NCBI GenBank assembly: GCA_900318255.1
Contig: ONJX01000018.1
Location: 5,598-69,597 of the forward strand
Source: an uncultured Prevotellaceae bacterium
GTDB lineage: Bacteria > Bacteroidota > Bacteroidia > Bacteroidales > Muribaculaceae
Direction: 5' to 3'
DNA: 64,000 nucleotides
Numbering within the stretch: position 1 is the first letter of the stretch; every line of letters starts with the position of its first letter. The translations under genes were made by a program, and so were the position numbers. The notes below the pieces were generated by a model that was not told the origin of the DNA, searched no databases, and saw only the letters and a program-made list of their open reading frames with translations. Below, in pieces: positions 36,139 to 45,797 of the stretch.

Positions 36139-37374
36139 TCATGAGGCTTGAATCCACAAGTCCTTGATTTTGCGCTTGATGGCAAGCACGTTGCCCAGCG
36201 TGATGAGCGACATGATGACCACCGCCACTATCAGTGCCAGGATGATAGACCCACCTCTCACGTCCATGGCGTTGAGCATGGGCAAGTAATAGGCTCGCAT
36301 CAGCAGCATGAGAATTACCGAGACAACCATCACAGCGCAGTTGATGTAGATTACCATGTTGATATAGGTGCGCGACACTTGGCTAGGAGAATATCCCAGC
36401 ACCAGCAGGTCTTGCAGTTTCTTGGTGTTTTTCTGCAAGAGTAGGTATATGCTCAGCATCAAGATGAAGAATGCCAGTACGCTGATGATGATGCCCACTA
36501 TGATGACGATGCTCACGATGATGTTGAGAAAGCCTTGCGCCTTGCTCTGGTTCATCTTGTCGCCGGCAACCTGATATCCGTGTTCCGAGAAATACCTGCC
36601 AATGCGCTCGTCGCCAGGGCTGTTGACCTCGACAATGAGCCTTGATGGGTTGTGAATGGCGTTAGAGCCAAACTTCTCATTGCTCCACTTCATGAAGTCC
36701 TCGGGCACGACAATGGTGTTAAGGCGCGACGAGAAGCCCACCAGGATGCCCTCAAAGGTCTGCTCCTGGCCGTTGCCGCGGAGTGTGAACCGCAGGTTCA
36801 CCGCTTTAGACACTGCCAGCTCGCTGGCTTGCGGCAGCCCTTGACTTGGTGCGAACCCAAAGTTGTAGAGTGTGAGATAGTCTCTTGAGATGATTACAGG
36901 AATCATGGGGTTGTTGGGGTCAAATTTCCAATGCCGGTCGGTGACATCAAGGAACTCGTTGGGCAACGATTCAAAGAACATCATCGTGCGCATGCCTTGT
37001 CCGCTCACGCTGATGCTGGCGTCAACGCTGTAGTCGTTGCTCGAGAACTTGCCCACCTGGCGGCACCAGGGCTGCGCCTCAATGTCTTCAATGTCGCTGG
37101 CGGTGAACTCGTTGCTGCCTTGCAGCACAGTAGATGCCGTTGACACCTCTCGGGTGATAATCATGAAGTCTTTGCGCAAGAAACTGTCCTCGTCTTTAAA
37201 CAGAGGCTTCACATCCTGATGAAACTGCACAGCAAGTATCACTATGGTTAGTCCCACCAAGCTGGCTAGCGAGAAGCCTATGAGCTGCGACGGACTGATG
37301 TGCTTGCGCAGTAGCTTCCACATCAGAGCGCGGCTGCTATAGTCATGTTGGGTTTTATTGTCGTTCTTGCTCAT
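36139..37374 (-). CDS. ABC transporter permease (FtsX-like)
   Basis: N-terminal TM, large periplasmic domain, three C-terminal TMs. Confidence 0.8.
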   Translation of the reverse strand: MSKNDNKTQHDYSSRALMWKLLRKHISPSQLIGFSLASLVGLTIVILAVQFHQDVKPLFKDEDSFLRKDFMIITREVSTASTVLQGSNEFTASDIEDIEAQPWCRQVGKFSSNDYSVDASISVSGQGMRTMMFFESLPNEFLDVTDRHWKFDPNNPMIPVIISRDYLTLYNFGFAPSQGLPQASELAVSKAVNLRFTLRGNGQEQTFEGILVGFSSRLNTIVVPEDFMKWSNEKFGSNAIHNPSRLIVEVNSPGDERIGRYFSEHGYQVAGDKMNQSKAQGFLNIIVSIVIIVGIIISVLAFFILMLSIYLLLQKNTKKLQDLLVLGYSPSQVSRTYINMVIYINCAVMVVSVILMLLMRAYYLPMLNAMDVRGGSIILALIVAVVIMSLITLGNVLAIKRKIKDLWIQAS

Positions 37375-38015
37375 AGCTTGAATTCTTTGTCAACATTGAT
37401 TTTCACATTGTTGCCCACCGAGGTGGAGATGATGCCGGCACCTTGACGCTCGGCCTCGGCAGTGACCATCTTGGCAACAATTTGGTTGTTGGTCTCATCG
37501 AGGTGGCTCACTGGCTCGTCGAGCATGATGAAGTCGCATGGCTGGCACAGGGTGCGCACTATGGCCACACGCTGCTGCTGGCCTATCGAGAGCTTCGCCA
37601 CCAGGCTGTCAACTTTCTCGCCAATGCCCAGGCGTTCCATCATCGCCACTATTTCGGCACGTGTCTTGAAATTGGTGATGCTGTTCTTGAGCATGATGTT
37701 TTCCATTGCCGTGAGCTCGGGGAAGAGACGCATCTCTTGGGCGAGGTAGGCGATGTGATGGGTGCGCACCTGGCACCACTGGTTCACGCTCAGCTGCCTG
37801 ATGTCCTGGCCGTCGAAGGCAATGGTGCCGCTATAGTCGATGCGGTAGCCATAGATATAGCTGCACAGCGACGACTTGCCAGTGCCGCTCTCGGCGCTGA
37901 TGAGATATTTCTTGCCTCGCTCAAAGGTCACGTTGCGGAGCCATATCTCGCTGCCAGTGTCTTCACGTCCAGCAAAGACTGCCGGTAGTGAATTGTTAAG
38001 TGTAATACAGTTCAT
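37371..38015 (-). CDS. ABC transporter ATP-binding protein
   Basis: AESGTGKS, LSIGQQQR, LDEP, H-loop. Confidence 0.9.
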   Translation of the reverse strand: MNCITLNNSLPAVFAGREDTGSEIWLRNVTFERGKKYLISAESGTGKSSLCSYIYGYRIDYSGTIAFDGQDIRQLSVNQWCQVRTHHIAYLAQEMRLFPELTAMENIMLKNSITNFKTRAEIVAMMERLGIGEKVDSLVAKLSIGQQQRVAIVRTLCQPCDFIMLDEPVSHLDETNNQIVAKMVTAEAERQGAGIISTSVGNNVKINVDKEFKL

Positions 38016-38207
38016 TTTATTGATACTTAGATGGTTACTAAGTCGTTGCCACAGTCATTTCAATCATGGCAATGTCTGCGGTGAGATTAACTTGCAAAAG
38101 TAACGAATTCCTCTCAATCGACATTCATTATTTAAGTATTTTTATAAGAGTTTTACTGGCTTGCAAATGTAAGGCGCACTAGATGCGTTTATTGAACGAT
38201 TACTAGC

Positions 38208-38588
38208 TCATTCCACCTTCATAAAAGCGAAATACACTGCCATAATCAAGAAAGTGAATGCCACAAAGTGGTTCCAGTGGAGATGCTCGTTCTTGAAGAA
38301 AACAGTGACAAACACGGTAAAGACTGTCAGGGTGATAACCTCTTGTATTACTTTGAGCTGCATCAGCGAGAATGGGCCACCATTGTCTATGAAGCCTATG
38401 CGGTTGGCTGGCACCATAAACGCATATTCAAATAGTGCTATGCCCCATGAGAAGAGAATTACAACGATTAGGGGCCAGTGGGTGCTCACTCCCATCTGCT
38501 GAAGCTTCAGGTGCCCATACCAGGCGAATGTCATCACTATGTTGCTCACACAGAGCAGCCCTATTGTGGCAAGTGCTGTCCAGTTCAT
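38208..38588 (-). CDS. DMT-family (DUF486) membrane protein
   Basis: SN.FMTFAWYGHL-like motif, VPANRIG, QLKVIQEVITL. Confidence 0.88.
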   Translation of the reverse strand: MNWTALATIGLLCVSNIVMTFAWYGHLKLQQMGVSTHWPLIVVILFSWGIALFEYAFMVPANRIGFIDNGGPFSLMQLKVIQEVITLTVFTVFVTVFFKNEHLHWNHFVAFTFLIMAVYFAFMKVE

Positions 38589-38738
38589 TTTGATAGTTTT
38601 TTTTCAAGAAGGCGGCAATCGTGCCGCGCGGCGGTGGTGGTTACTTTTATGAATTTCAAAAAAACGGCTGCAAAGTTAATGCTTTTTACGGGATTTCAAA
38701 ATGAGCCATATCACCATTCTGCTTTTTATTGAAAAAAT

Positions 38739-38875
38739 CGGACAAAGAGAACCGTCCCCAATTAGTTCAAAATTGGAAAAAACGGACAAAAAGAACCGTC
38801 CCCAATTAGTTCAAAATTGGAAAAAACGGACAAAAAGAACCGTCCCCAATTAGTTCAAAACGGACAAAAAGAACC
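38739..38875 (+). repeat. 44-bp tandem repeat (starts at 38739, 38783, 38827, 38861; last copies shortened); solo copy at 53539-53568
   Basis: Unit CGGACAAAAAGAACCGTCCCCAATTAGTTCAAAATTGGAAAAAA with no spacers. Confidence 0.9.
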
Positions 38876-38948
38876 GACCCCTTTTTCCGTTTTTTTCCGA
38901 GAGGGTCGGTTTTTTGTGTGTTCTAGTTCTGTTTAGCAGGCCTTGGTG

Positions 38949-39560
38949 TTATGGCTCAATGCTTATGCTCTCGTTGAGGTAGGGCACAAGTCTTCCCCTC
39001 AGGGTAATGCGACCGTTGCCCAGCGTGGGGAATACGTCGGCTATAGCCTGGTCGCTGCCATTGAAGACGGTGATTGTGACGCTGGCATTCATGCGTCGTC
39101 CTATCATGGTGTAGGTTAAGATGGCATTACCTTTTTTGTCATACTTTATATTCTTGTTGCTGATGCGTCCGTGCAGGGTGATGCCGCCCAGTCCGTTGGC
39201 CCCGGCAATCATGTTGTTGAATGCTACCTGGAAGATGCCCTTGTCGCCTTGCATGAGCATGAAATTAGTGTTGTCGTTGAGTCCCATCTCATAGTGTCCG
39301 TAGGAGTTACGCACTTCTTTTGCCTGAAGAACGAAATATCCGTCTTCAATGGCGTTTAGGGCCTTGAGGTGGAATATTGAGTCAACAATCTCGTGGCCTT
39401 TCTTGATGCGCTCTTTGCGTTCTTTCTTTGTCTCGTTGCTGGGTATAGGCGCTGTCTCGTCAATGACGTAGATGTCGTCGTGCACTTGTGCCATTGTTGT
39501 TGCTGGCACGCTAAGTAATGTGACAAAAATCAGAGATAATATTAAATTAAAAGTTTTCAT
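38949..39560 (-). CDS. DUF4251-like secreted protein
   Basis: Signal peptide; GANGLGGITLHG motif. Confidence 0.75.
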   Translation of the reverse strand: MKTFNLILSLIFVTLLSVPATTMAQVHDDIYVIDETAPIPSNETKKERKERIKKGHEIVDSIFHLKALNAIEDGYFVLQAKEVRNSYGHYEMGLNDNTNFMLMQGDKGIFQVAFNNMIAGANGLGGITLHGRISNKNIKYDKKGNAILTYTMIGRRMNASVTITVFNGSDQAIADVFPTLGNGRITLRGRLVPYLNESISIEP

Positions 39561-39676
39561 AACTACAGTGTGTTTTATAGTGTTGTTGCAAAATTACACA
39601 ATTTAAACACACAAGGCATCAAAATACTGCATCGAATATTGTGTTTTTTTGTATTTTTGCAAAAAAAATCGTGAAA

Positions 39677-40564
39677 ATGTCTAGTAAAAGCAGTTTTTCA
39701 TGGCCAATGAAAATCCTATTCCTTTTTTGTGGGATGCTGGTGGCCTTGTTTGTGGTGGTATTGGTCATTGTGTTGATGTTTGGTGCCGACACCAGTAATG
39801 CCAGTTATGTGATAGCGATGTCGGTAGCACAAAACCTGATGGTGTTCATCTTGCCTGTTGTGATGCTGGCTATGATGAGCAGGAGGGCAGAGTTACTGCC
39901 AATGTCTCGCACATTATGGATGGCCAAGGGCCCCACGTTGAAATCGGTCGCGCTCGTGGTGCTGGTGTGGGTGGTGGCTTTGCCTGCCATGAACTATGTG
40001 GTAGAGTGGAACCAGAGCATTGAGTTCCCGTCGTGGCTGCAAGGTTTGGAGGAAGAGCTCCGTGCCATGGAGAGCGATGCGGCAGCTACCTCCAGCCATT
40101 TGCTCAACGCTCAGTCGCTTGGCATGATGATATTTATGGTGCTAGTGGTGGGCGTGCTGACTGGTATGGGCGAGGAGATTTTTTTCCGTGCTGGCCTGCT
40201 TGGCACGATGCTTCATGGCAATGTCAACAAGCACGTGGCGGTGTGGGTGGTGGCTATTGTGTTCAGTGCCATCCACTTGCAGTTCTTTGGCTTTGTCCCG
40301 AGAATGTTGCTAGGCGCCTGGCTGGGCTACTTGCTGGTGTGGACTGGCGAGGTGTGGACGCCCATCATAGCTCATGCCCTCAACAATGGCTCGATAGTTG
40401 TGGCGGCTTATCTCACAAATAAAAACATAATATCATGTAATTACCTTGAGTCGGTAGGCTCCAGCAACCACTGGTTGGCGCTGGGTAGTGCTGTGGCAAC
40501 GTCGTTGCTGATAGTGCTGTTTATGAGGAAGCCTGCTAGAACTTATAACAAATTGACAAAATGA
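39677..40564 (+). CDS. CPBP (CAAX/Abi) intramembrane metalloprotease
   Basis: GEEIFFR, FSAIH, AHALNN motifs. Confidence 0.9.
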   Translation: MSSKSSFSWPMKILFLFCGMLVALFVVVLVIVLMFGADTSNASYVIAMSVAQNLMVFILPVVMLAMMSRRAELLPMSRTLWMAKGPTLKSVALVVLVWVVALPAMNYVVEWNQSIEFPSWLQGLEEELRAMESDAAATSSHLLNAQSLGMMIFMVLVVGVLTGMGEEIFFRAGLLGTMLHGNVNKHVAVWVVAIVFSAIHLQFFGFVPRMLLGAWLGYLLVWTGEVWTPIIAHALNNGSIVVAAYLTNKNIISCNYLESVGSSNHWLALGSAVATSLLIVLFMRKPARTYNKLTK

Positions 40565-41310
40565 GACCATTGTTGATACTGCTGTTGCTGGCGGCTAGTG
40601 TGGCTGCCAGTGCGCAAGAGGTGATTTGTCATCGTGGATATTGGGACACCGATGGCTCGGCCCAGAATTCCCTGCGCTCGCTAGTGAAGGCCGACTCGAT
40701 AGGCGCTTGGGGCTCGGAGTTTGACGTGTGGATGACTGCCGATGGCATGCTAGTAGTAAATCACGATGCCAGTTATGGTGGGGTGACTATTGAGACTGCC
40801 AAGTGGAAGCAGCTCAAAGATATGCGCCTCAAGAATGGTGAGTTGCTGCCCACTCTGGAGCAGATGCTCAAGTGTGGCAAAATGCTCAAGACGCGCCTCA
40901 TCGTGGAGATGAAGCCTCACAGCAGCCGTGAGCATGAGCTTGAGGCGGCACGCAAAATCGTGAAGCTGGTGAGGCATTTGGGCCTGGAAGCCCGTGTCGA
41001 GTACATCACGTTCTCTTATCAGGGCATGAAGAACCTCAAGGAGCTGGCTCCAGCTGGCACTCCAGTTTATTACCTCAATGGTGAGCTGTCGCCTTCTCAG
41101 CTCAATGAGCTTGGTGTTGCCGGCATTGACTATAGCATTAGGGTGATGCGTGAGCACCCTCAGTGGATTGACGAGGCCCATGCGCTAGGCATGAAGGTGA
41201 ACGTGTGGACCGTCAACAGCGAGCGCGACATGCAATGGTGCATCAACTATGGTGTCGATTTTATCACTACTAATGCCCCGGAGCGCTTGCAGCAACTGCT
41301 TAATGAATAA
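40561..41310 (+). CDS. Glycerophosphodiester phosphodiesterase
   Basis: CHRG, QNS, EFDV..TADG..VVNHD, VEMK, WTVN, TTNAP. Confidence 0.92.
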   Translation: MRPLLILLLLAASVAASAQEVICHRGYWDTDGSAQNSLRSLVKADSIGAWGSEFDVWMTADGMLVVNHDASYGGVTIETAKWKQLKDMRLKNGELLPTLEQMLKCGKMLKTRLIVEMKPHSSREHELEAARKIVKLVRHLGLEARVEYITFSYQGMKNLKELAPAGTPVYYLNGELSPSQLNELGVAGIDYSIRVMREHPQWIDEAHALGMKVNVWTVNSERDMQWCINYGVDFITTNAPERLQQLLNE

Positions 41311-41541
41311 TGAGTCCACTTTAAACTATAAAAAAAACGGCGAATTATGCAAATTAAACTAATTTTTCACTGCTGAAAATCAATGCTTTGATTTTCGGCT
41401 TTGCTTGTTTTTGGGGACTATATACTGAAAATATGTACTTTCAGTTGACTCAATAATTATTTTTCGCACATAAAATTAAGTAGAGAAATAAAAAAAAGAT
41501 TACCTTTGCAGGAATATAACCGCTAAATTCTTATATAAATT

Positions 41542-41925
41542 ATGAAAAAGATATTATTGTTACTGGCAGTAGTGTTACCTTTCCTTCTCACGTCATGCGG
41601 CGATGACAAAGATGAGTTGTCGGCTCTTGAAAAGGAACTTGTGGGTGAGTGGGCCATTATTAATGAGCCTGGCTCTGATGCCGACGACTATCATTATGTC
41701 TTCAAAAAAGAGCGCACGGGGTCGAGAAGGCACATCGAGAATGGAAATGTGAAAACCGATGTGTCTTTCTACTGGGTCCTGAAAGGAAATAAGTTGACGC
41801 TGGATTATGGCTCTGGTCAACAGCTGGTTATGGAGATAACCTTAACTATCAATAATCTGCATGTGGTCTATGAGAGCACTGGAGTGGCTCAAGATTACAA
41901 AAGAGTGGTTAGCGCAGAAGAATAG
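41542..41925 (+). CDS. Lipocalin-like lipoprotein
   Basis: LLTSC lipobox; LVGEW motif. Confidence 0.75.
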   Translation: MKKILLLLAVVLPFLLTSCGDDKDELSALEKELVGEWAIINEPGSDADDYHYVFKKERTGSRRHIENGNVKTDVSFYWVLKGNKLTLDYGSGQQLVMEITLTINNLHVVYESTGVAQDYKRVVSAEE

Positions 41926-41970
41926 GTGCATCAGCAGCTCTCTTTAGGAGTATTAGACATCTCTATAAAG

Positions 41971-42498
41971 ATGAAAAAGATAATTTCTAATGACGCGGTG
42001 ACATTGCGTTCGCTCGAGGCCACCGACCTTGATGTGCTCTACCGCTGGGAGAACGATGCGCGGCTATGGACAGTAAGTAACATTATGTCGCCGTCGCCCA
42101 AGAGCTACCTGTGGCAGTATCTTCAGAACTACGACAGCGACCTCTACAATACCCGCCAGTTGCGTCTCATGATCACGTTGACCATGACTGGTGAGCCAGT
42201 GGGCACCGTTGACTTGACCAACTTTGACCCCTTTAACAACCGTGCCGAGTTTGGCATCATGATTGACCGCTCACATGAGGGCAAAGGCTTGGGCGATGCC
42301 GCGTTGAGCCTCACCATTGATTATGTGCGTGACTATTTGGGGCTGAGTCAGATATATGCATTAGTGCCGGTGAGCAACACTGTGTGCATCGCCATGCTCA
42401 AGAAGCATGGTTTCGCCACAGCAGGCATTCTCAAGCAGTGGATAAACCACGGGGCCGAGGTTCACGATGTGGAGATGATGCAGCTGTTGCTTCGTTGA
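41971..42498 (+). CDS. GNAT acetyltransferase (RimJ/SpeG-like)
   Basis: LRSLEATDLD.LYRWEND, RAEFGI, GKGLG, KHGF..AG.LKQW. Confidence 0.88.
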   Translation: MKKIISNDAVTLRSLEATDLDVLYRWENDARLWTVSNIMSPSPKSYLWQYLQNYDSDLYNTRQLRLMITLTMTGEPVGTVDLTNFDPFNNRAEFGIMIDRSHEGKGLGDAALSLTIDYVRDYLGLSQIYALVPVSNTVCIAMLKKHGFATAGILKQWINHGAEVHDVEMMQLLLR

Positions 42499-42537
42499 TG
42501 TATTAACGAATTGACAAGTAAAACAAGCCATGAAAAG

Positions 42538-42912
42538 ATGATTGTTTTCACAGTTTTAATATCACTCTTAATATGTCATTTCCTGGCCGATTACTGCCTC
42601 ACGACACCCCAGATGATTGAGGCTAAAGCCAGTGGCAAGCACTTGCAGCACATAGGTTTGCACGCAGCAGTGCATGCCACGTTGATGGCGGTTGTGTTAT
42701 TATCGTTTTGCGTGAGTTTTGTGGTTGTGTCGGCACTGTTCGCTCTTGAGTTCGTCAGCCACTTTGCAATAGACTACGGTAAAGGCTTCTTAGGTCGCAA
42801 GTTCCCTGCTTTAGGCGATAACACCAAGAAAGCATTCTGGATGCTTTATGGTTTAGACCAGCTGCTGCACTTGCTGGTGATAGTGGTGATAGTGTATTGT
42901 GCTGTCTCTTAA
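42538..42912 (+). CDS. DUF3307-like membrane protein
   Basis: HFLADY, HAAVH, HFAID, DQLLH motifs. Confidence 0.8.
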   Translation: MIVFTVLISLLICHFLADYCLTTPQMIEAKASGKHLQHIGLHAAVHATLMAVVLLSFCVSFVVVSALFALEFVSHFAIDYGKGFLGRKFPALGDNTKKAFWMLYGLDQLLHLLVIVVIVYCAVS

Positions 42913-42924
42913 TCCCGATTTGGG

Positions 42925-43560
42925 TTAATTCAAGCTCACGTCATCGGGCCAGTTTTTCCATAGCTGATATTGGTCGCCAAAGCGCGCGACGGCGTTTTGC
43001 CACAAGGCATCGTTGTTGCTGCTCATCACAAGCTCGGTTACATTGCCTTTGAGCACAGCCCAGTCGTGGCGCTTCAGCTCGCTTGAGAGCTGTCCTACGC
43101 CCCATCCGCTGTATCCCACCATGAATTTCACCTTCTCATTCACGTTCTCGCCATCGGCAAGGAACATCTTCATGACATCGAAGTCGCCACCAAAGAACAA
43201 TCCTGGTGCCAGTTGCTCGCTGCCAGGGATGGCGTCTTTGCCCAGGGTGTGAATGAAAAACATCATGTTGGTGCCCACTGGCCCGCCCAGGTAGAGCGGC
43301 ACTTGCTCCGGGCACTCCACGTCGGGCACGAGCTCGTTGAGAGTGAAGCGCGTGGGCTTGTTCACTATCACACCCATCGAACCTTCTTCGTTGTCGTGAT
43401 CAACGAGGATGGTGATGCTGCGCTTGAAGCAAAAGTCTTCTACTGTGGGTTTTGCCACTAGCAGCGCGCCTCGTGCGGGCTCTGGCTGGTTGTCGAGCAA
43501 ATTGAATATGTCGAGGTTTAAATCTTCCATTTCGAGGGCAAAAATAGGCAATTCTTGCAA
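42925..43560 (-). CDS. YqgE/AlgH-family protein
   Basis: GSMGVIVNKP, LYLGGPV, GYSGW..GQL..E. Confidence 0.9.
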   Translation of the reverse strand: MQELPIFALEMEDLNLDIFNLLDNQPEPARGALLVAKPTVEDFCFKRSITILVDHDNEEGSMGVIVNKPTRFTLNELVPDVECPEQVPLYLGGPVGTNMMFFIHTLGKDAIPGSEQLAPGLFFGGDFDVMKMFLADGENVNEKVKFMVGYSGWGVGQLSSELKRHDWAVLKGNVTELVMSSNNDALWQNAVARFGDQYQLWKNWPDDVSLN

Positions 43561-43629
43561 TTTTTACAAGATTTTTGGGCGCATATCAAGAAAAAACACT
43601 AACTTTACACCCAATTTAGATAAACACTC

Positions 43630-44493
43630 ATGAAAGTACTGAAATTTGGAGGAACATCGGTAGGGACAGTAGAGTCTCTGCGCAATGTGAAATACATTGT
43701 TGAGAATGAGGACGAGCCAGTCGTTGTGGTGGTCTCGGCTCTGGGTGGTCTCACCGACATGCTCATCAAAGCAGCCAACTTGGCAGCGAATAACGACATA
43801 GGCGCCTACCGCATAGTTCAGGACATCACTGCTCGCCACAACGAGATTATGAACACGCTCATCTCAAGCGAGCAGATTGATGACGCTCTCAATCGCGTGC
43901 GAGCACTGTTCTTTGAGCTAAGTAATGCTTATACCGACATCTCTCGCAACGAGGAGCTCACCGAGGCCGACCTTGAGGAGGTGGTGAGCTATGGCGAGCG
44001 GTTGTCGTCGCTCATCATCAGTCTTATCATTGATGACGCGACCTATTTTAACTCGCTCGAGATAGTGCGCAGCTCCAACCATGAGTGTGACCTGGAAGCT
44101 ACTAATGCTAATATTGCTAACACACTAGGCAAGTTCAAGGGCAAGGTGGCAGTGATGGGTGGCTTCATCTCTCGCGACAGCAAGAGTCGCCGCATAAGCA
44201 ACTTGGGCCGTGGCGGCAGCGACTACACGGCAGCCATCGTCGCCAGTGCTCTCAATGCCGACTCACTAGAAATCTGGACCGACGTTGACGGCTTCATGAC
44301 TGCCGACCCAAAGGTTGACCCCACAGCCACCGTCATTCGCCAGATGACCTATGAGCAGGCGCAGCACATGTGTGACCAGGGCGCCAAGGTGATTTATGCG
44401 CCCACTATCAAGCCTGTGGCCGAGAAGCACATCCCCATCTGGGTGAAAAACACCTTCAACCGCGGCGCTACAGGCACGCTCATTGCCGATTAA
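43630..44493 (+). CDS. Aspartate kinase, catalytic domain only
   Basis: KFGGTSVG, VVSALGG, SYGERLS, LGRGGSDYTA, WTDVDG..TADP, KNTF..GTLI then stop. Confidence 0.88.
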   Translation: MKVLKFGGTSVGTVESLRNVKYIVENEDEPVVVVVSALGGLTDMLIKAANLAANNDIGAYRIVQDITARHNEIMNTLISSEQIDDALNRVRALFFELSNAYTDISRNEELTEADLEEVVSYGERLSSLIISLIIDDATYFNSLEIVRSSNHECDLEATNANIANTLGKFKGKVAVMGGFISRDSKSRRISNLGRGGSDYTAAIVASALNADSLEIWTDVDGFMTADPKVDPTATVIRQMTYEQAQHMCDQGAKVIYAPTIKPVAEKHIPIWVKNTFNRGATGTLIAD

Positions 44494-44558
44494 GTCTAGT
44501 GTGTTGCGTTGACAACGCAACTCACAGAACATTCAACTGAAAACTGTAAATCCTAATC

Positions 44559-44855
44559 ATGGCATACCCAAAATTCATCATTACCCAGGATGGTCACCTC
44601 AGGCTTGGGATGGTGACGTTGCATCGTCATCTCATGGAGCATGGCGACGTGTGCCTTGGCGGTGGCTACTGGCGCGTGAATCATGCAGCGAGGCAGGTGG
44701 AGCTCAGTGGCGCCTCTAGCGACTATGGCAAGCCGCAGTGGCATAATGTGGAAAAGGTGCTGCTGCCGCGCGACTATGAGGGCTACACCTTCACCTGGCT
44801 CATAAACGGCAAGCAGCATCCCTTGACCGAGATGCTGCCTGTAGAGTATGTGTGA
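44559..44855 (+). CDS. Conserved hypothetical protein
   Basis: 98-aa ORF; GHLRLG.V..H and GGGYW patterns. Confidence 0.7.
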   Translation: MAYPKFIITQDGHLRLGMVTLHRHLMEHGDVCLGGGYWRVNHAARQVELSGASSDYGKPQWHNVEKVLLPRDYEGYTFTWLINGKQHPLTEMLPVEYV

Positions 44856-44873
44856 AAAACACGTTGATTTACA

Positions 44874-45650
44874 TCACTTCACGAGAATCTTGCGACCTTT
44901 CACTACATAGATGCCTGGTGTGAGGTTGCTCACTTCGCCAGCTCTGATGTTGCTTGCCACGCGCATTCCGAGCACGTTGTAAACGTCGATGATGTCGCCA
45001 GCGGCAGCAATCTCGTTGATGCTAGTAACCTCGCCAGCTCCCAGGTGGTTGGCAGTGAGTGTAAATTGCTGTCCGCCAGGAATGCTGATGTAGCAACGAG
45101 TGGCATAGAAGAAAGCCTTGTCGTTGTCGATAGAGGTGAAGTTGGCGTCGCTGTTGTTGATGGCGAGGATGCCATAAAGGCCCTTGCCGTCGGTCTTTAC
45201 AGGAGCACCGTTCATGGTAACCTCCACGCCACAGCTAGTGGTCATGGTTACTTTTGAATCCTTGTTGGTAACCACAGTGTTAACTTGGAATTTCTTGTTG
45301 CCGGCCTCTCCGGGATAATAGAGGATATAGGGTACGTTGGCTTGAATGCCCTCAGCTTTGCAGTCTTGGAAGTTGAGCACGATTTCGTTGCCCTGTTGTG
45401 TCACGCCCACGAGTTTCTCCAGCTTCACGCCAGCTCCCATCACGTCGTCAAGTTCCTGCTCGGTAATGGCAAAAGGCAGCGACAGAGTGTTCCATCCGGT
45501 AAAGAGATAGCGTTCGGCAGTCACGTTGCACTGCTTACCGTCGTAGCGTTCAAGAGATGTGCCGTTGTAGGTGCTCAGCCTCAACGGAGTCTGTGCTCCA
45601 GCAGTCATAGCTATAGCAGCCAGAGCAATCATGCAGAATAATTTTTTCAT
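44874..45650 (-). CDS. Secreted protein with a T9SS-like C-terminal sorting tail
   Basis: Signal peptide; GWNTLSLPF; VYNVLG..PGIYVVKGRKILVK terminus. Confidence 0.75.
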   Translation of the reverse strand: MKKLFCMIALAAIAMTAGAQTPLRLSTYNGTSLERYDGKQCNVTAERYLFTGWNTLSLPFAITEQELDDVMGAGVKLEKLVGVTQQGNEIVLNFQDCKAEGIQANVPYILYYPGEAGNKKFQVNTVVTNKDSKVTMTTSCGVEVTMNGAPVKTDGKGLYGILAINNSDANFTSIDNDKAFFYATRCYISIPGGQQFTLTANHLGAGEVTSINEIAAAGDIIDVYNVLGMRVASNIRAGEVSNLTPGIYVVKGRKILVK

Positions 45651-45797
45651 AATAGTACGTTTTATATTGGTTAAACTTGCTTTTGAGAGTTTCAAAGATT
45701 GTCGCAAATATAAGTGAAATATTCTAAATCACCAAAAAAACTTTAAACATCGCCCAGTCTTCTCTAGAGGTCACACTTAACATTTAACTCTTATCAC

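Noticed and set aside
38739-38875. CRISPR array
   Set aside because: Units are contiguous with no unique spacers, and no cas genes are in the window.
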